Positions 43,901-53,803 of a DNA stretch of 64,000 nt are shown piece by piece. Source of the DNA: a bacterium (GTDB taxonomy: Bacteria > UBA8248); assembly GCA_965261085.1 (NCBI GenBank), contig OZ253442.1:2144001-2208000 (forward strand). Direction: 5' to 3'. Position numbers and translations under genes: made by a program. The stretch's first letter is position 1; every line of letters begins with the position of its first letter. Below the pieces are notes generated by a model, which saw nothing but the letters and a program-made list of their open reading frames with translations, searched no databases and had not been told where the DNA came from.

Positions 43901-45046
43901 TCACGCGATGCGCGTTCCGAACTTCTCAATCGCATCTTCCGAGAGCGTAAGCCCGAGACCCGGCGCATCGTTCAAATGAAGCGTCCCGTTCTCGATGCGG
44001 GGCGGGTTCTCGAACAATTCGGCCTGGAGCGGATCGCGCTCGGGGTCCGTGAAGGACTCCACGATGCAACCCGCCGGCGAGGCCGCCACGATGTGGGCGT
44101 GGATGAAGCAATCGTGGTGCGGAGCGATTTCCACGTGGCTGAGTTCCGCGAGGGCCGTGAGTTTTCTCCCCATGGTGAATCCGCCCATGCGCGTACAGTC
44201 GAACTGCACGATGTCTATCGCCTGCTCCTCGAGCAGCGCGCGGACCCCGTGCCCCGTTTGTTCGCTCTCCCCGGCGGAGAGGGGGATGTCCGTTTTTTGA
44301 GCCAAAATCCTGAGTTCCCGCCTGTCGTCGAACCAGCGCACGGGTTCTTCGAGCCACCGGGGGTGTATCTCCTTGAGCAGGCGAGCGCCCTCGATGGCGG
44401 TGGGCAGATCCCATGCGCCGTTCACGTCGAGCATGAGTTCGTCCTCATCGCCGATGACATCGCGGATGACCCGCAGCCGCGCCATATCCTCATCGAGCGA
44501 CGCGCCGCCGATTTTCGCCTTGAACGCCCTGTGCCCCTGAGCCTTTAGCATTTCCATCTCCTCGCGCAGTTCGCCCAAATCCTTTCCGTCACGGTAATAG
44601 GCGCAGGTGACGTAGCAGGGAACTTCCTCCCGATATCCGCCGAAGAGCCGAAACAGGGGCTGACCGGAGGCTTTTCCGAGAATATCCCACATGGCGAGGT
44701 CGATGGCCGCGCTGGTGATGAGCAGCCCGTTCCGGGACCACTCCTTCAGAAAGGCCATCTTTTGATGAGTGATGGAGAAAATCTTTTCATAGAGCCTCTC
44801 GGGAGCGAGGGCGTCTTCGCCGATGATGATTTCCTTGAGCCCTTCGTTGAACATTTCGGCCGCGCCTTTGATGAGGAGGCGGCTGCTGCCCAGGCCGAAA
44901 CCCTCCAGCCCATCGTCGGTTTTCAGACGAATCAGTAGCTCGTTCGCCTGGTGGACGGGGTAATGGCTGACCCAGTGGCCGCGCTCCTCGGGTGGGCCGG
45001 TGAGCATGTATGCTTCCACGTCTGTAATCTTCATGTTTTTCCTCAT
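43901..45046 (-). CDS. Mandelate racemase/muconate lactonizing enzyme (enolase superfamily)
   Basis: L.TDDG.EG.G, AAIDLAMWDI.GK, KAK, LDVN, WLEEP, AGE, APHH and PGLG. Confidence 0.92.
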   Translation of the reverse strand: MRKNMKITDVEAYMLTGPPEERGHWVSHYPVHQANELLIRLKTDDGLEGFGLGSSRLLIKGAAEMFNEGLKEIIIGEDALAPERLYEKIFSITHQKMAFLKEWSRNGLLITSAAIDLAMWDILGKASGQPLFRLFGGYREEVPCYVTCAYYRDGKDLGELREEMEMLKAQGHRAFKAKIGGASLDEDMARLRVIRDVIGDEDELMLDVNGAWDLPTAIEGARLLKEIHPRWLEEPVRWFDDRRELRILAQKTDIPLSAGESEQTGHGVRALLEEQAIDIVQFDCTRMGGFTMGRKLTALAELSHVEIAPHHDCFIHAHIVAASPAGCIVESFTDPERDPLQAELFENPPRIENGTLHLNDAPGLGLTLSEDAIEKFGTRIA

Positions 45047-45183
45047 GAATTCGTATGAACGGATGGACTTTGTCTGAAGACCCGAGCTAGTTTGCCAGAG
45101 CTTTTAGGCGTTCACAATCGCCGGGCCTTGGGGTAGGATAGCGCGATTTCTGAGGCGTCTTCTCTAAATCGGAGCATTGCGTC

Positions 45184-46023
45184 ATGAACGATTTACCGAG
45201 AGTCAGCTATCTGGGGCCGGAAGCCACCTTCACGCACGAGGCCGCCATTTTGCGCTTTGGCGATGGAGCCACCCTCACGCCCGAGCCGAGTATCGATGCC
45301 GTGTTCGATGAGGTGGAAGGTCGTCGCTCCCGGTGGGGAGTAGTGCCGATAGAGAATGCGATCGAGGGTACGGTCAACATTACTCTGGACAGGCTGCTGG
45401 AATCCCCTTTGCTGGTGGAGGGCGAAATCCGGTTGCCTATCGACATCCACCTGCTCACGAACGCAGGGTCGGTACGGGAGGTGGAGCGCATTCTCAGCCA
45501 TCCCCACGCAGTGTCCCAGTGCAGGCGCTGGCTTCGGGAAAATGCCTCGGGCGTCAAGACGGAAGAGGTGTTGAGCACCTCGCTGGCGGCGAAGATGGCG
45601 GCGGGGGACTCGCGGCTCGCGGCCTTGGGCAGCCGGCTGGCGGCCGAGCACTATGGCCTGAATATTTTGGAGGAAAAACTCGATTCCGAGAGCATCAACG
45701 TGACGCGCTTTTTCGTCATCGGAACCGAGAAGCCCGAACGCGCGGCGCATTCGAAGACGAGCCTGCTCTTCGGCCTGCCGAACGAATCGGGCGCACTCCA
45801 TAAAGCGCTTGAGCCGATTGCCGAGCGAAAGCTGAACATGACGAAAATCGAATCCCGCCCATCGCGAAAAGAGGCGTGGGAGTACGTTTTCTACATGGAA
45901 ATCGAAGGCTATGGAGAAGATGAAGCAATCTCGCAAGGTATTTCGGAACTGAAAAATCGGGTGGACTTTATTCGCGTGCTGGGTTCGTATCCCGTGTTGC
46001 AGAAAGAGCGTACAAGAATTTGA
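45184..46023 (+). CDS. pheA: Prephenate dehydratase (PDT+ACT, no chorismate mutase domain)
   Basis: YLGP.ATFT, VVPIEN.IEG, SHP.A.SQC, N.TRF and TKIESRP. Confidence 0.95.
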   Translation: MNDLPRVSYLGPEATFTHEAAILRFGDGATLTPEPSIDAVFDEVEGRRSRWGVVPIENAIEGTVNITLDRLLESPLLVEGEIRLPIDIHLLTNAGSVREVERILSHPHAVSQCRRWLRENASGVKTEEVLSTSLAAKMAAGDSRLAALGSRLAAEHYGLNILEEKLDSESINVTRFFVIGTEKPERAAHSKTSLLFGLPNESGALHKALEPIAERKLNMTKIESRPSRKEAWEYVFYMEIEGYGEDEAISQGISELKNRVDFIRVLGSYPVLQKERTRI

Positions 46024-46091
46024 TATTGCCAGATTTGGGAGATTTTGAGGACCTACAGGCGTGTTGCGCCGTTGGCTCATGAGGAGGGGGA

Positions 46092-47174
46092 ATGAAATAT
46101 AAAAGGGCGCGGCCCGTTTCGGACATCGTCGTCTACCAGCCGGGAAAGCCGGTGGAAGAACTCGAACGCGAACTCGGCATCGCCGATTCCATCAAGGTGG
46201 CCTCGAACGAAAACCCCCTGGGGCCATCGCCCAAGGCGGTGGAAGCCGTGAACCACGCCATCGAGGAATTGCACCGCTATCCCGACGGCGGGGGTTTTTA
46301 TCTCAAAAACACGCTGGCCGAACATCATGGGTTGCAGCCTGGAAATTTCGTGTTGGGCAATGGAACGAACGAGGTTTTGGAGATTCTGGCGCATGCGTAC
46401 CTGGACCCTGGAGACCCCGTGGTTTATTCCGAGGGCGCCTTTATCGTCTACCATATCGTCTCTCAACTCTGCTCTTGCGAGATCAGGCGCGCGCCGATGC
46501 GCGATTATCACCAGGACCTCGACGCCATGGCGGACCTGATTTGCGAGAAAACGAAAATCGTCTTCCTTGCGAATCCCAACAACCCCACGGGAACGGCGGT
46601 TGGCGAAGGGAAACTCCGGGAGTTTCTTGAAAAAATTCCGCAGACCACTCTCGTGGTGATGGACGAGGCCTATTGCCACTACGCGCATTTGGAGGATTAT
46701 CCCGATGCAGCGCGGATGCTGGCCGAATTCTCGAATCTCGTCGCCATGCGCACCTTCTCGAAGGTTTATGGCCTGGCCGGCCTGCGCGTCGGCTACGCCG
46801 TGGCGGATGAGGAAGTCGCGCAGGCTATGGAGAGCGTCCGCGAGCCGTTTAATGTGAATTCCCTGGCCCTCGTGGCCGCTCAAGCCGCTCTCGGAGACGT
46901 CGAGCACGTCGAAAGGACACTAGCGGTGAACGCCGAGGGCCGGGAGTATTTCGTGTACGAACTATCGGCCATGGGCCTCCCCTTCGTGCCCACGCAGGGG
47001 AATTTCATGATGGTCGAGGTGGGCGAAGCGATGCAGGTATACGAAGAATTGCTCAGGGAGGGCGTCATCGTCAGGCCCGTGGCGGGATACGGCTTTCCGC
47101 GCCATTTGCGAATTTCCATCGGCACGCCGCAGGAGAACGAGCAGGTTGTATCCGCGTTGTCAAAAATTTTATAA
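46092..47174 (+). CDS. hisC: Histidinol-phosphate / aromatic aminotransferase
   Basis: Y.PGK, ASNENP.G, RYPD, NPNNPTG, DEAY and RTFSK.YGLAGLRVGY. Confidence 0.95.
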   Translation: MKYKRARPVSDIVVYQPGKPVEELERELGIADSIKVASNENPLGPSPKAVEAVNHAIEELHRYPDGGGFYLKNTLAEHHGLQPGNFVLGNGTNEVLEILAHAYLDPGDPVVYSEGAFIVYHIVSQLCSCEIRRAPMRDYHQDLDAMADLICEKTKIVFLANPNNPTGTAVGEGKLREFLEKIPQTTLVVMDEAYCHYAHLEDYPDAARMLAEFSNLVAMRTFSKVYGLAGLRVGYAVADEEVAQAMESVREPFNVNSLALVAAQAALGDVEHVERTLAVNAEGREYFVYELSAMGLPFVPTQGNFMMVEVGEAMQVYEELLREGVIVRPVAGYGFPRHLRISIGTPQENEQVVSALSKIL

Positions 47175-47243
47175 TTATAATTATAACAACTAGATACATA
47201 TGTTATTTAATGTGTTTTATAGATAAATGAAAAGGATGGCAGA

Positions 47244-48104
47244 GTGCTTTTCGAGCAGATGACCATAATCGGCGTGGGGCTCATCGGCGGGTCTCTGGCC
47301 AGAGCCGCCCGGGAGAAAGGTCTCGTTTCGAGATTCGTCGGCGCAGGCCGCAGTCTGGGCAACCTTGAGCGCGCGCATGAACTTGGCGTCGTGGGTCGCT
47401 TCGAGACGGATCATCTGGAGGCGGTGCGTGATTCGGATCTGGTAGTGGTATGCACCCCGGTGCGTGCGGCGGTGCGGGTGACGGAGGCGATTTTGCCCGA
47501 GATGGCTCCAGGGGCTGTGCTTACCGACGTGGGCAGCGTAAAGGCGCCCTACGTGCGGGCGGTGGAGGCGATGGATTTAAGAGATGTGAAATTCCTGGCG
47601 AGCCATCCCGTCGCCGGAGGCGAGAAATCCGGCGTGGAGGCGAGTTTTTCCTCTCTCTTCGATGCGCAGCAGACCATCTTGACGCCAACTGAGAGAACGG
47701 ACCCCGGAACCATCGAACACCTGCGCGCGCTTTGGGAGGGAGTGGGCGCAAACGTCGATATTCTCGACCCTGAAACTCATGATCGCGTGATGGCCGACAT
47801 CAGCCATCTCCCACATCTGGTGGCCTACGCCATGATGAACACCGCCCTTGAGGGCGAGGCGCTCCGGCATGCGGCGAGTGGGTTTCGGGACTTTTCGCGA
47901 ATCGCATCCTCAGGAGCGGAAATGTGGCGCGAAATCTGCGAGGACAACCAGGAGGCGCTGCTGGGCGCGCTTGACAGGTTCGAGAGAGAATTGGCGGGGT
48001 TTCGCCGTTTGCTGGAAGATTCGGATTCCGAAGCGCTCGAGCGCGCATTTTTGAGGGCCAAGGACGGCCGGGACGAATGGGCGCGGAAAAAGGGCTGGGA
48101 TTGA
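47244..48104 (+). CDS. tyrA: Prephenate/arogenate dehydrogenase
   Basis: G.GLIGGSLA, TDVGSVK, HPVAG.E, HD...A.ISHLPH and RD.SRIA.S. Confidence 0.95.
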   Translation: MLFEQMTIIGVGLIGGSLARAAREKGLVSRFVGAGRSLGNLERAHELGVVGRFETDHLEAVRDSDLVVVCTPVRAAVRVTEAILPEMAPGAVLTDVGSVKAPYVRAVEAMDLRDVKFLASHPVAGGEKSGVEASFSSLFDAQQTILTPTERTDPGTIEHLRALWEGVGANVDILDPETHDRVMADISHLPHLVAYAMMNTALEGEALRHAASGFRDFSRIASSGAEMWREICEDNQEALLGALDRFERELAGFRRLLEDSDSEALERAFLRAKDGRDEWARKKGWD

Positions 48105-48814
48105 GAGAGAAATCGCGCCGAAAATCAGCCGGCATTGTCATTCCCATCGATGGCCCCGCAGGTTCGGGCAAGAGCACGGCGGCCAAAAGGATCGCGGAGA
48201 GGTTGGGTTTCGACTATCTCGAGAGCGGCGCGCTCTACCGTGCCGTAGGCTATCAGGTATTGAATGAAAATCGAGAAGGTGATTTTGAAAGTCGCGCCAT
48301 CGGCTCCGCGTGTGATTTGCGTTTCGAGTGCCGCAAGGAGGGGAACGTCTGGAAGAACATTCTGGGTGGAGAAGACGTTACCGATGCGCTCCGGGACGAA
48401 GAAATAAGCGATATGGCGTCGCAAGTGTCGGCGATACCCGGGGTGCGGGCGGCGCTGCTCGAATTTCAAAGGAATTTTGGACGAGAGGGCGGGGCAGTCA
48501 TTGATGGGCGCGATATAGGCACGGTCGTTTTCCCGGAGGCCAGACTCAAGTTTTTTCTCGACGCGGACATCGAGGTGCGAATCCAGCGGCGCTTCGCCGA
48601 ACTCAAGGCGAGGGGAGTCCCCTTTCATCCCGATCATCTGCGTGAAGACTTGAAGCGCAGGGACGAGAGGGATCGCCACAGAGCCAGCGCGCCGCTGCGC
48701 AAGGCCGAGGACGCCGAAGAAATCCAAACGAGCAATATGGGCGTTGACCAGGTGCTTGAGGTCATGTTAGAGAAAATCCGCCTAGTTTACGGGGAAGTCA
48801 TTGAGGATGCTTGA
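48101..48814 (+). CDS. cmk: Cytidylate kinase
   Basis: IDGPAGSGKST, GALYRA, DGRDIGTVVFP and RD.RD..R..APL; start codon uncertain. Confidence 0.95.
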   Translation: MREKSRRKSAGIVIPIDGPAGSGKSTAAKRIAERLGFDYLESGALYRAVGYQVLNENREGDFESRAIGSACDLRFECRKEGNVWKNILGGEDVTDALRDEEISDMASQVSAIPGVRAALLEFQRNFGREGGAVIDGRDIGTVVFPEARLKFFLDADIEVRIQRRFAELKARGVPFHPDHLREDLKRRDERDRHRASAPLRKAEDAEEIQTSNMGVDQVLEVMLEKIRLVYGEVIEDA

Positions 48815-48949
48815 GTTGCGAGTTGATTCTCTCCTTTCTCGGGTGTAATATGATTTTTTCCACCCATTTTTTGCCGATGTCTGCGATAGCGATGGGCGCT
48901 TGAGCCGTGGCGGCAATTCTCTTTTCTCAGAACGAGGTAATTCAAACAG

Positions 48950-50815
48950 ATGAATGAAACTTCCTCTAACGAATCCGAGACTCTTCCCGACTTCTCATCG
49001 AAGGTGGCCGAATTGCTCCCGGACGAGGTTGACCCCGACACCCTTTCTCCTGAACAAATGGATGATTTATACGCTTCCACGATGAAGGTGAAGGATGGAG
49101 AAATCATCGAAGGAACGGTTGTGGGGATGGAAGGCGAATATGTGCTAGTGGACGTAGGATATAAATCAGAAGGTTTGGTGCCTCGTTTTGAATTCCCGAG
49201 CCGCGGGCGGGATCTCAAGCCTGGAGACAGGGTGGAGGTTTTCGTCGAAGAGCGTGAGGCTGACGATGGCCTCATCGTGCTCTCGAAGGAGAAAGCCAAC
49301 CGAATCAAGATATGGGACGAGATCAGCAAAGCCCATGACAACGACGAGATTATCCAGGGCGTGATCGTCGCCCGCATCAAGGGAGGCCTTACGGTCGACA
49401 TCGGACTCAAGGCCTTTTTGCCGGGTTCCCAGGTCGATCTGAGGCCGGTGAGGAATCTCGATCAGTTTATCGGCAAATCCTTTGACATGAAGATCATCAA
49501 GCTCAATAGAAAGCGCGGGAACATTGTTCTCTCCAGGCGCGTGCTGCTCGAGGATGAAAGAGCGGAACTCAAGCGCGAGACGCTCGCGAACCTCACGGAA
49601 GGCATGGAGAAGGTGGGCGTCGTCAAGAACATTACCGACTATGGAGCGTTCATCGACCTCGGCGGAATAGACGGCCTGCTTCACATCACGGATATGTCCT
49701 GGGGGCGGGTGAGCCACCCGAGCGAACTTCTCTCCATCGGGGACAGCGTCAAGGTCACCGTGCTCAAATATGACAAGGAGCGCGAGCGCGTCTCCTTGGG
49801 CCATAAGCAAATTACCCCGGATCCTTGGGAGAACGTGGAAATCAAATATCCCATGACCGGCAAGGTTCGGGGGCGCGTCGTCTCCATCACCGATTATGGC
49901 GCTTTCGTCGAACTCGAACAGGGCGTCGAAGGGTTGGTGCATGTGTCGGAGATGTCATGGACGAGACGCGTTCGCCATCCATCGAAATTCGTCGCGGTGA
50001 ACGATGTGGTCGAAGCCGTCGTTTTGAACCTGGACAAAGAAGGCCGCAGAATCTCCCTGGGTATGAAACAGGTGGAGGCCAACCCGTGGACCACGGTGGG
50101 GGAGAAATACCCCGTGGGAATGCGCGTGACGGGCAGTATCCGGAATTTGACGGAATTCGGCGCCTTCGTCGCCTTGGATGAGGGGATCGACGGCCTGATC
50201 CACATTTCGGACATTTCCTGGACCCAACGCTTCAAGCACCCCTCTGAAGTCCTGCGCAAGGGCCAGGATATCGAGGCGGTTGTTCTGAGCGTGGACGTCG
50301 AGAAGGAGCGTCTCTCCCTCGGCGTGAAGCAAATCACCCCGGATCCATGGGACGACATCAACGACCGTTATGCGCTGGATGACGATATCGAGGCGAAAAT
50401 CACGAAAATTACGAACTTCGGCGTCTTCGCCGCTCCGGAGGAAGATTTGGAGGGGCTGGTCCACATCTCCGAACTCGACCCGGATAAGGTGAAAGAACCA
50501 CAGGACGTGGTGCATGTGGGCGACGTGTTCAAAATGCGCGTCATCAAAATCGATCGGGAGCAAAGAAGGCTGGGTTTGAGCATCCGCGCCTATGTGGAGT
50601 CCACCGGTGAAGACCCGCTCATCAGCCGGGCGCCAAAGCCCCCAGAGCCGATCGAAGAGAAAAGCGCGCCCTCGGACGAGGTAGTAGAAGCAGTAAAGGT
50701 AGTAGAGGTAGTAGAAATTGAAGACGAACCCGAGGCGGAAGTTGTTGCGGAAGCTGCGCCCGAGGCGGAAGTCGTTGCGGAGGCTGCGCCCGAGGCGGAT
50801 GAGCAAGCGGAATAA
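48950..50815 (+). CDS. rpsA: 30S ribosomal protein S1
   Basis: Six S1 repeats (VDVGYKSEG, AFLPGSQVD, DYGAF.DLGG.DGLLH, EFGAFV) plus an acidic low-complexity tail. Confidence 0.97.
   Translation: MNETSSNESETLPDFSSKVAELLPDEVDPDTLSPEQMDDLYASTMKVKDGEIIEGTVVGMEGEYVLVDVGYKSEGLVPRFEFPSRGRDLKPGDRVEVFVEEREADDGLIVLSKEKANRIKIWDEISKAHDNDEIIQGVIVARIKGGLTVDIGLKAFLPGSQVDLRPVRNLDQFIGKSFDMKIIKLNRKRGNIVLSRRVLLEDERAELKRETLANLTEGMEKVGVVKNITDYGAFIDLGGIDGLLHITDMSWGRVSHPSELLSIGDSVKVTVLKYDKERERVSLGHKQITPDPWENVEIKYPMTGKVRGRVVSITDYGAFVELEQGVEGLVHVSEMSWTRRVRHPSKFVAVNDVVEAVVLNLDKEGRRISLGMKQVEANPWTTVGEKYPVGMRVTGSIRNLTEFGAFVALDEGIDGLIHISDISWTQRFKHPSEVLRKGQDIEAVVLSVDVEKERLSLGVKQITPDPWDDINDRYALDDDIEAKITKITNFGVFAAPEEDLEGLVHISELDPDKVKEPQDVVHVGDVFKMRVIKIDREQRRLGLSIRAYVESTGEDPLISRAPKPPEPIEEKSAPSDEVVEAVKVVEVVEIEDEPEAEVVAEAAPEAEVVAEAAPEADEQAE
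50679..50799 (+). repeat. Coding tandem repeats in the rpsA tail (9-bp units, then 30-bp PEAEVVAEAA x ~2.3)
   Basis: GTAGTAGAR-like units, then CCCGAGGCGGAAGTYGTTGCGGARGCTGCG repeated. Confidence 0.8.
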
Positions 50816-51171
50816 TCGAGTGGATGGCATGAAGCCCATCCGATGAATTTTGTGAAATGCAGGATTGCGAGACGCCTCATCGTGTAAACATTCACAGAGG
50901 AGGCGGAATTTACTCTCGATTGTATCTATTGCTACTGCATATTTTCGCCGGGTATACCATGAATGGTTGGCATACGAGGCATGTATTTATCAGGATCGCC
51001 CGCGCCGTTGGGGCGGCGCGATGTCATCACAGCCATGAAACATAATGGGTATGTTTTTCTTGTTTGATTCTGTGACTACACTGGATGGAAAGCTGAGTCT
51101 AAAAGACCGAAGCGTGGGTTCTCCGTAACGCGAATGTATCCATTGTGCTCGCAGGGAGGATGATGATTCTC

Positions 51172-51564
51172 ATGACTAAGGCCGAGTTGGTTGAGCAGAT
51201 AGCTGAGAAAATCAATCTCACGAAAAAAGACACCGAGCGCATCGTGAACATCGTGTTCGGGAGCATCATGAGTTCATTGTCGGATGGCGATAAGGTGGAG
51301 TTGCGTGGATTCGGGAGTTTCCGCGTGCGCTCGAGAAACAGCCGTGATGGCCGCAACCCGAGAACGGGTGAGGCGGTGGCGATTCCGCCCAAGAATGTGC
51401 CGTTCTTCAAGGCGGGGAAAGAATTGAGACAGATGGTCGATCAATTCGGAGCGGCTTCTTTCGAAGATGATGATGGAACGAGCGAGCCCTCAGGTAGAGG
51501 CGCTTCGGCGACGGCCGATTCCGATGTGCATGGGGAATCGTCGGAGGATGATTCTCTCTTCTAA
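51172..51564 (+). CDS. ihfB: Integration host factor beta / HU family protein with acidic C-terminal extension
   Basis: MTKAEL, VELRGFGSF, RNPRTGE and PFFKAGKEL; located after rpsA. Confidence 0.9.
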   Translation: MTKAELVEQIAEKINLTKKDTERIVNIVFGSIMSSLSDGDKVELRGFGSFRVRSRNSRDGRNPRTGEAVAIPPKNVPFFKAGKELRQMVDQFGAASFEDDDGTSEPSGRGASATADSDVHGESSEDDSLF

Positions 51565-51624
51565 TAAAGCGGTTTCAGGCAGTACGTCCCCTGGGACAAT
51601 CCCGCCCAATCGGAACTTTTTCTC

Positions 51625-52152
51625 ATGAATAAAAAGCGCGTCGGTCGTGGATGCGTGGTTCTTCGGCAGGGTGACATCACCGAATCTGGTGTTGATGCCA
51701 TAGTGAACGCGGCCAACAACCATCTCTGGATGGGTGCGGGCGTGGCGGGCGCCATCAAGAGAAAGGGCGGGAAGGCGATAGAGGCCGAGGCGGTATCAAA
51801 AGGGCCGATTCGTGTCGGGGATGCCGTAATCACGGATGGCGGTAAACTACCCGCCCGGCACGTGATTCATGCGGCGGGGATGGGAACGGACCTTAGGACA
51901 TCGCCCGAAATCGTGGAGGCCTGCACTCGGGCGAGTCTCGCGGTGGCCGAGGAGAATTCGCTGAACAGCATCGCGTTTCCCGCCATCGGGACGGGTGTCG
52001 GGGGCCTCGATGCGCAGGACGTCGCATCCCGTATGCTCAAAGCCTGCTCGGCGCACCTGCAGACGCCGACGGGCATGCTTACCCACATAGAGTTCGTGCT
52101 GTTCTCGGATGCCGACTTGGCCGCGTTTCGAGACGCACTCGAAGCGCTTTGA
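51625..52152 (+). CDS. Macro-domain (ADP-ribose binding/hydrolase) protein
   Basis: GDIT..VDAIVNAAN..L..G.GVAGAI, VIHA and SIAFPAIGTG. Confidence 0.92.
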   Translation: MNKKRVGRGCVVLRQGDITESGVDAIVNAANNHLWMGAGVAGAIKRKGGKAIEAEAVSKGPIRVGDAVITDGGKLPARHVIHAAGMGTDLRTSPEIVEACTRASLAVAEENSLNSIAFPAIGTGVGGLDAQDVASRMLKACSAHLQTPTGMLTHIEFVLFSDADLAAFRDALEAL

Positions 52153-52266
52153 TTTTGAAGCGAGGCGACCCTGCGCTCGCTCTCGTGCCCAGTTTGGAAA
52201 TGAGACGCTTCCGAGGCGTTTTCATCTTTTGACGAGACGACCCCCTCCGCCTGAAGTGCCAAACCC

Positions 52267-53256
52267 ATGAGCCGCAAGCAATCGAGAAACCCACACCCCA
52301 TCATCCTTGTTGTAGGAACGACATGTTCGGGGAAAACGGATTTTGGCGTGGCGCTGGTCAAGCGTTTCCGGGAAGAGGGGGCATCCCTCGAAATAGTCGG
52401 CGCCGACGCCAGGCAGATTTATCGAGGTATCGGCGTGGGCACCGCCAAGCCCAGGTTGGATGAGCGTGGCGGCGTGACGCATCATATGATGGATGTAGCG
52501 GAGTTGGGGGAGACTTATAGCGCCGCGCGCTATGCGGATGAGGCGATTCTGTGCATAGAGGATATATATCGCAGAGGTGCATACCCGCTCGTAGTAGGAG
52601 GGAGCGGTTTATATATCCGCGCTTTGGTGGAAGGATTTTTCGATGGGCCTGAGGCGCAGCCGGAAATAAGGGGCCGATTGGAGGCGGAGGCTTCAAAGCA
52701 GGGGCATATGGCCATGTACGAGCGCCTCGCTGCGGTCGACCCCGAAACAGCCGCGAAACTACACCCCAACGACCTGCGGCGGGTGGTTCGCGCCCTGGAG
52801 GTCTATGAAGCGACGGGGCGGCCGGTTTCACGCCTGCGGGCCGAGCAAAAAGGGCCCAGGTTCGCGTCTCCGTTGTATATTGGTCTCAGGTATCCGGCAT
52901 CAATCCTCGCCGAGTTGATCGAGCACAGGGTGCGGCGGATGCTAGAGAACGGGATGCTGGACGAGGTGGCGATGTTGGCCGAGATGAATCTCACCGACGC
53001 CCGGGTATTCGAGGGTCTCGGGTTTCAGGAGGCCCTCGCGTTGCGCAGGGGACAGATGACCGAGGATGAGGCGGTTCGGGAAATATCCAGGCTGCACCGC
53101 AACTACGCGAAACGACAGCGCACCTGGTTTCAAAAGATCGAGGGGGTGAACTGGTATGAACCCCTGGAAAAGGATTTCGGGGTTATATTGGAAAAAGCCC
53201 ATGATAAGGTGTCCCGATATCTGGATTTAGATTCTCGTGTGGAGGGTTCCTCTTGA
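52267..53256 (+). CDS. miaA: tRNA dimethylallyltransferase
   Basis: G.T.SGKT, D.RQIY...GTAKP, VGGSGLY, R..RALEV and YAKRQ.TW. Confidence 0.95.
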   Translation: MSRKQSRNPHPIILVVGTTCSGKTDFGVALVKRFREEGASLEIVGADARQIYRGIGVGTAKPRLDERGGVTHHMMDVAELGETYSAARYADEAILCIEDIYRRGAYPLVVGGSGLYIRALVEGFFDGPEAQPEIRGRLEAEASKQGHMAMYERLAAVDPETAAKLHPNDLRRVVRALEVYEATGRPVSRLRAEQKGPRFASPLYIGLRYPASILAELIEHRVRRMLENGMLDEVAMLAEMNLTDARVFEGLGFQEALALRRGQMTEDEAVREISRLHRNYAKRQRTWFQKIEGVNWYEPLEKDFGVILEKAHDKVSRYLDLDSRVEGSS

Positions 53257-53792
53257 GCGTAGTACTCATCGGCTTTAAGGGATGTGGCAAATCGACCATC
53301 GGACCTTTGCTCGCCGAAAAAATGGGTTTCTCTTTTCATGACCTCGACCATTTGATAGAGCAGAAACATTTCGAGGAAACAGGAGAACGGCTGGGGTTTC
53401 GCGAAGTTTTCAGAACGAGAGGAGAAGAATCCTTCCGTGCGATGGAGAATCACTTGCTGCGCGAGCAATTGGTCCGGGAGCACCTCGTTCTCGCCCTCGG
53501 CGGTGGAACCCCGATGGCGCAGAGTGTCGATTCACTGCTTGTTCCCCATTGCGTCGTTTATCTCCAGGTGCCGGAGAATGATATCATCGAGAGGGTGCGA
53601 GCCGATGGCTGGCCCGCTTATCTCGAAAACGAGGCGAACCCCGAAGGAGCGTTGCGTCTGCTTTTCAAAAAGCGCGTTCCGCGCTATGAAGAACTCGCGA
53701 AATTGATCGTGAAGAATACGTGCGAGCCGGAGGAAGTGGTTGAAACGGCCCTCCCCGGGATACGTGCGGCATTGTCGAAAACTGAAGTGTAG
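53253..53792 (+). CDS. aroK: Shikimate kinase
   Basis: LIGF.G.GKSTIG, DLD, GE..FR..E and LGGG. Confidence 0.92.
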   Translation: MSVVLIGFKGCGKSTIGPLLAEKMGFSFHDLDHLIEQKHFEETGERLGFREVFRTRGEESFRAMENHLLREQLVREHLVLALGGGTPMAQSVDSLLVPHCVVYLQVPENDIIERVRADGWPAYLENEANPEGALRLLFKKRVPRYEELAKLIVKNTCEPEEVVETALPGIRAALSKTEV

Positions 53793-53803
53793 AGAGGGAA
53801 ATC

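Noticed and set aside
47165-47230. TTATAA tandem palindromes in the AT-rich hisC-tyrA spacer
   Set aside because: Short low-complexity sequence with no second occurrence or recognisable operator.
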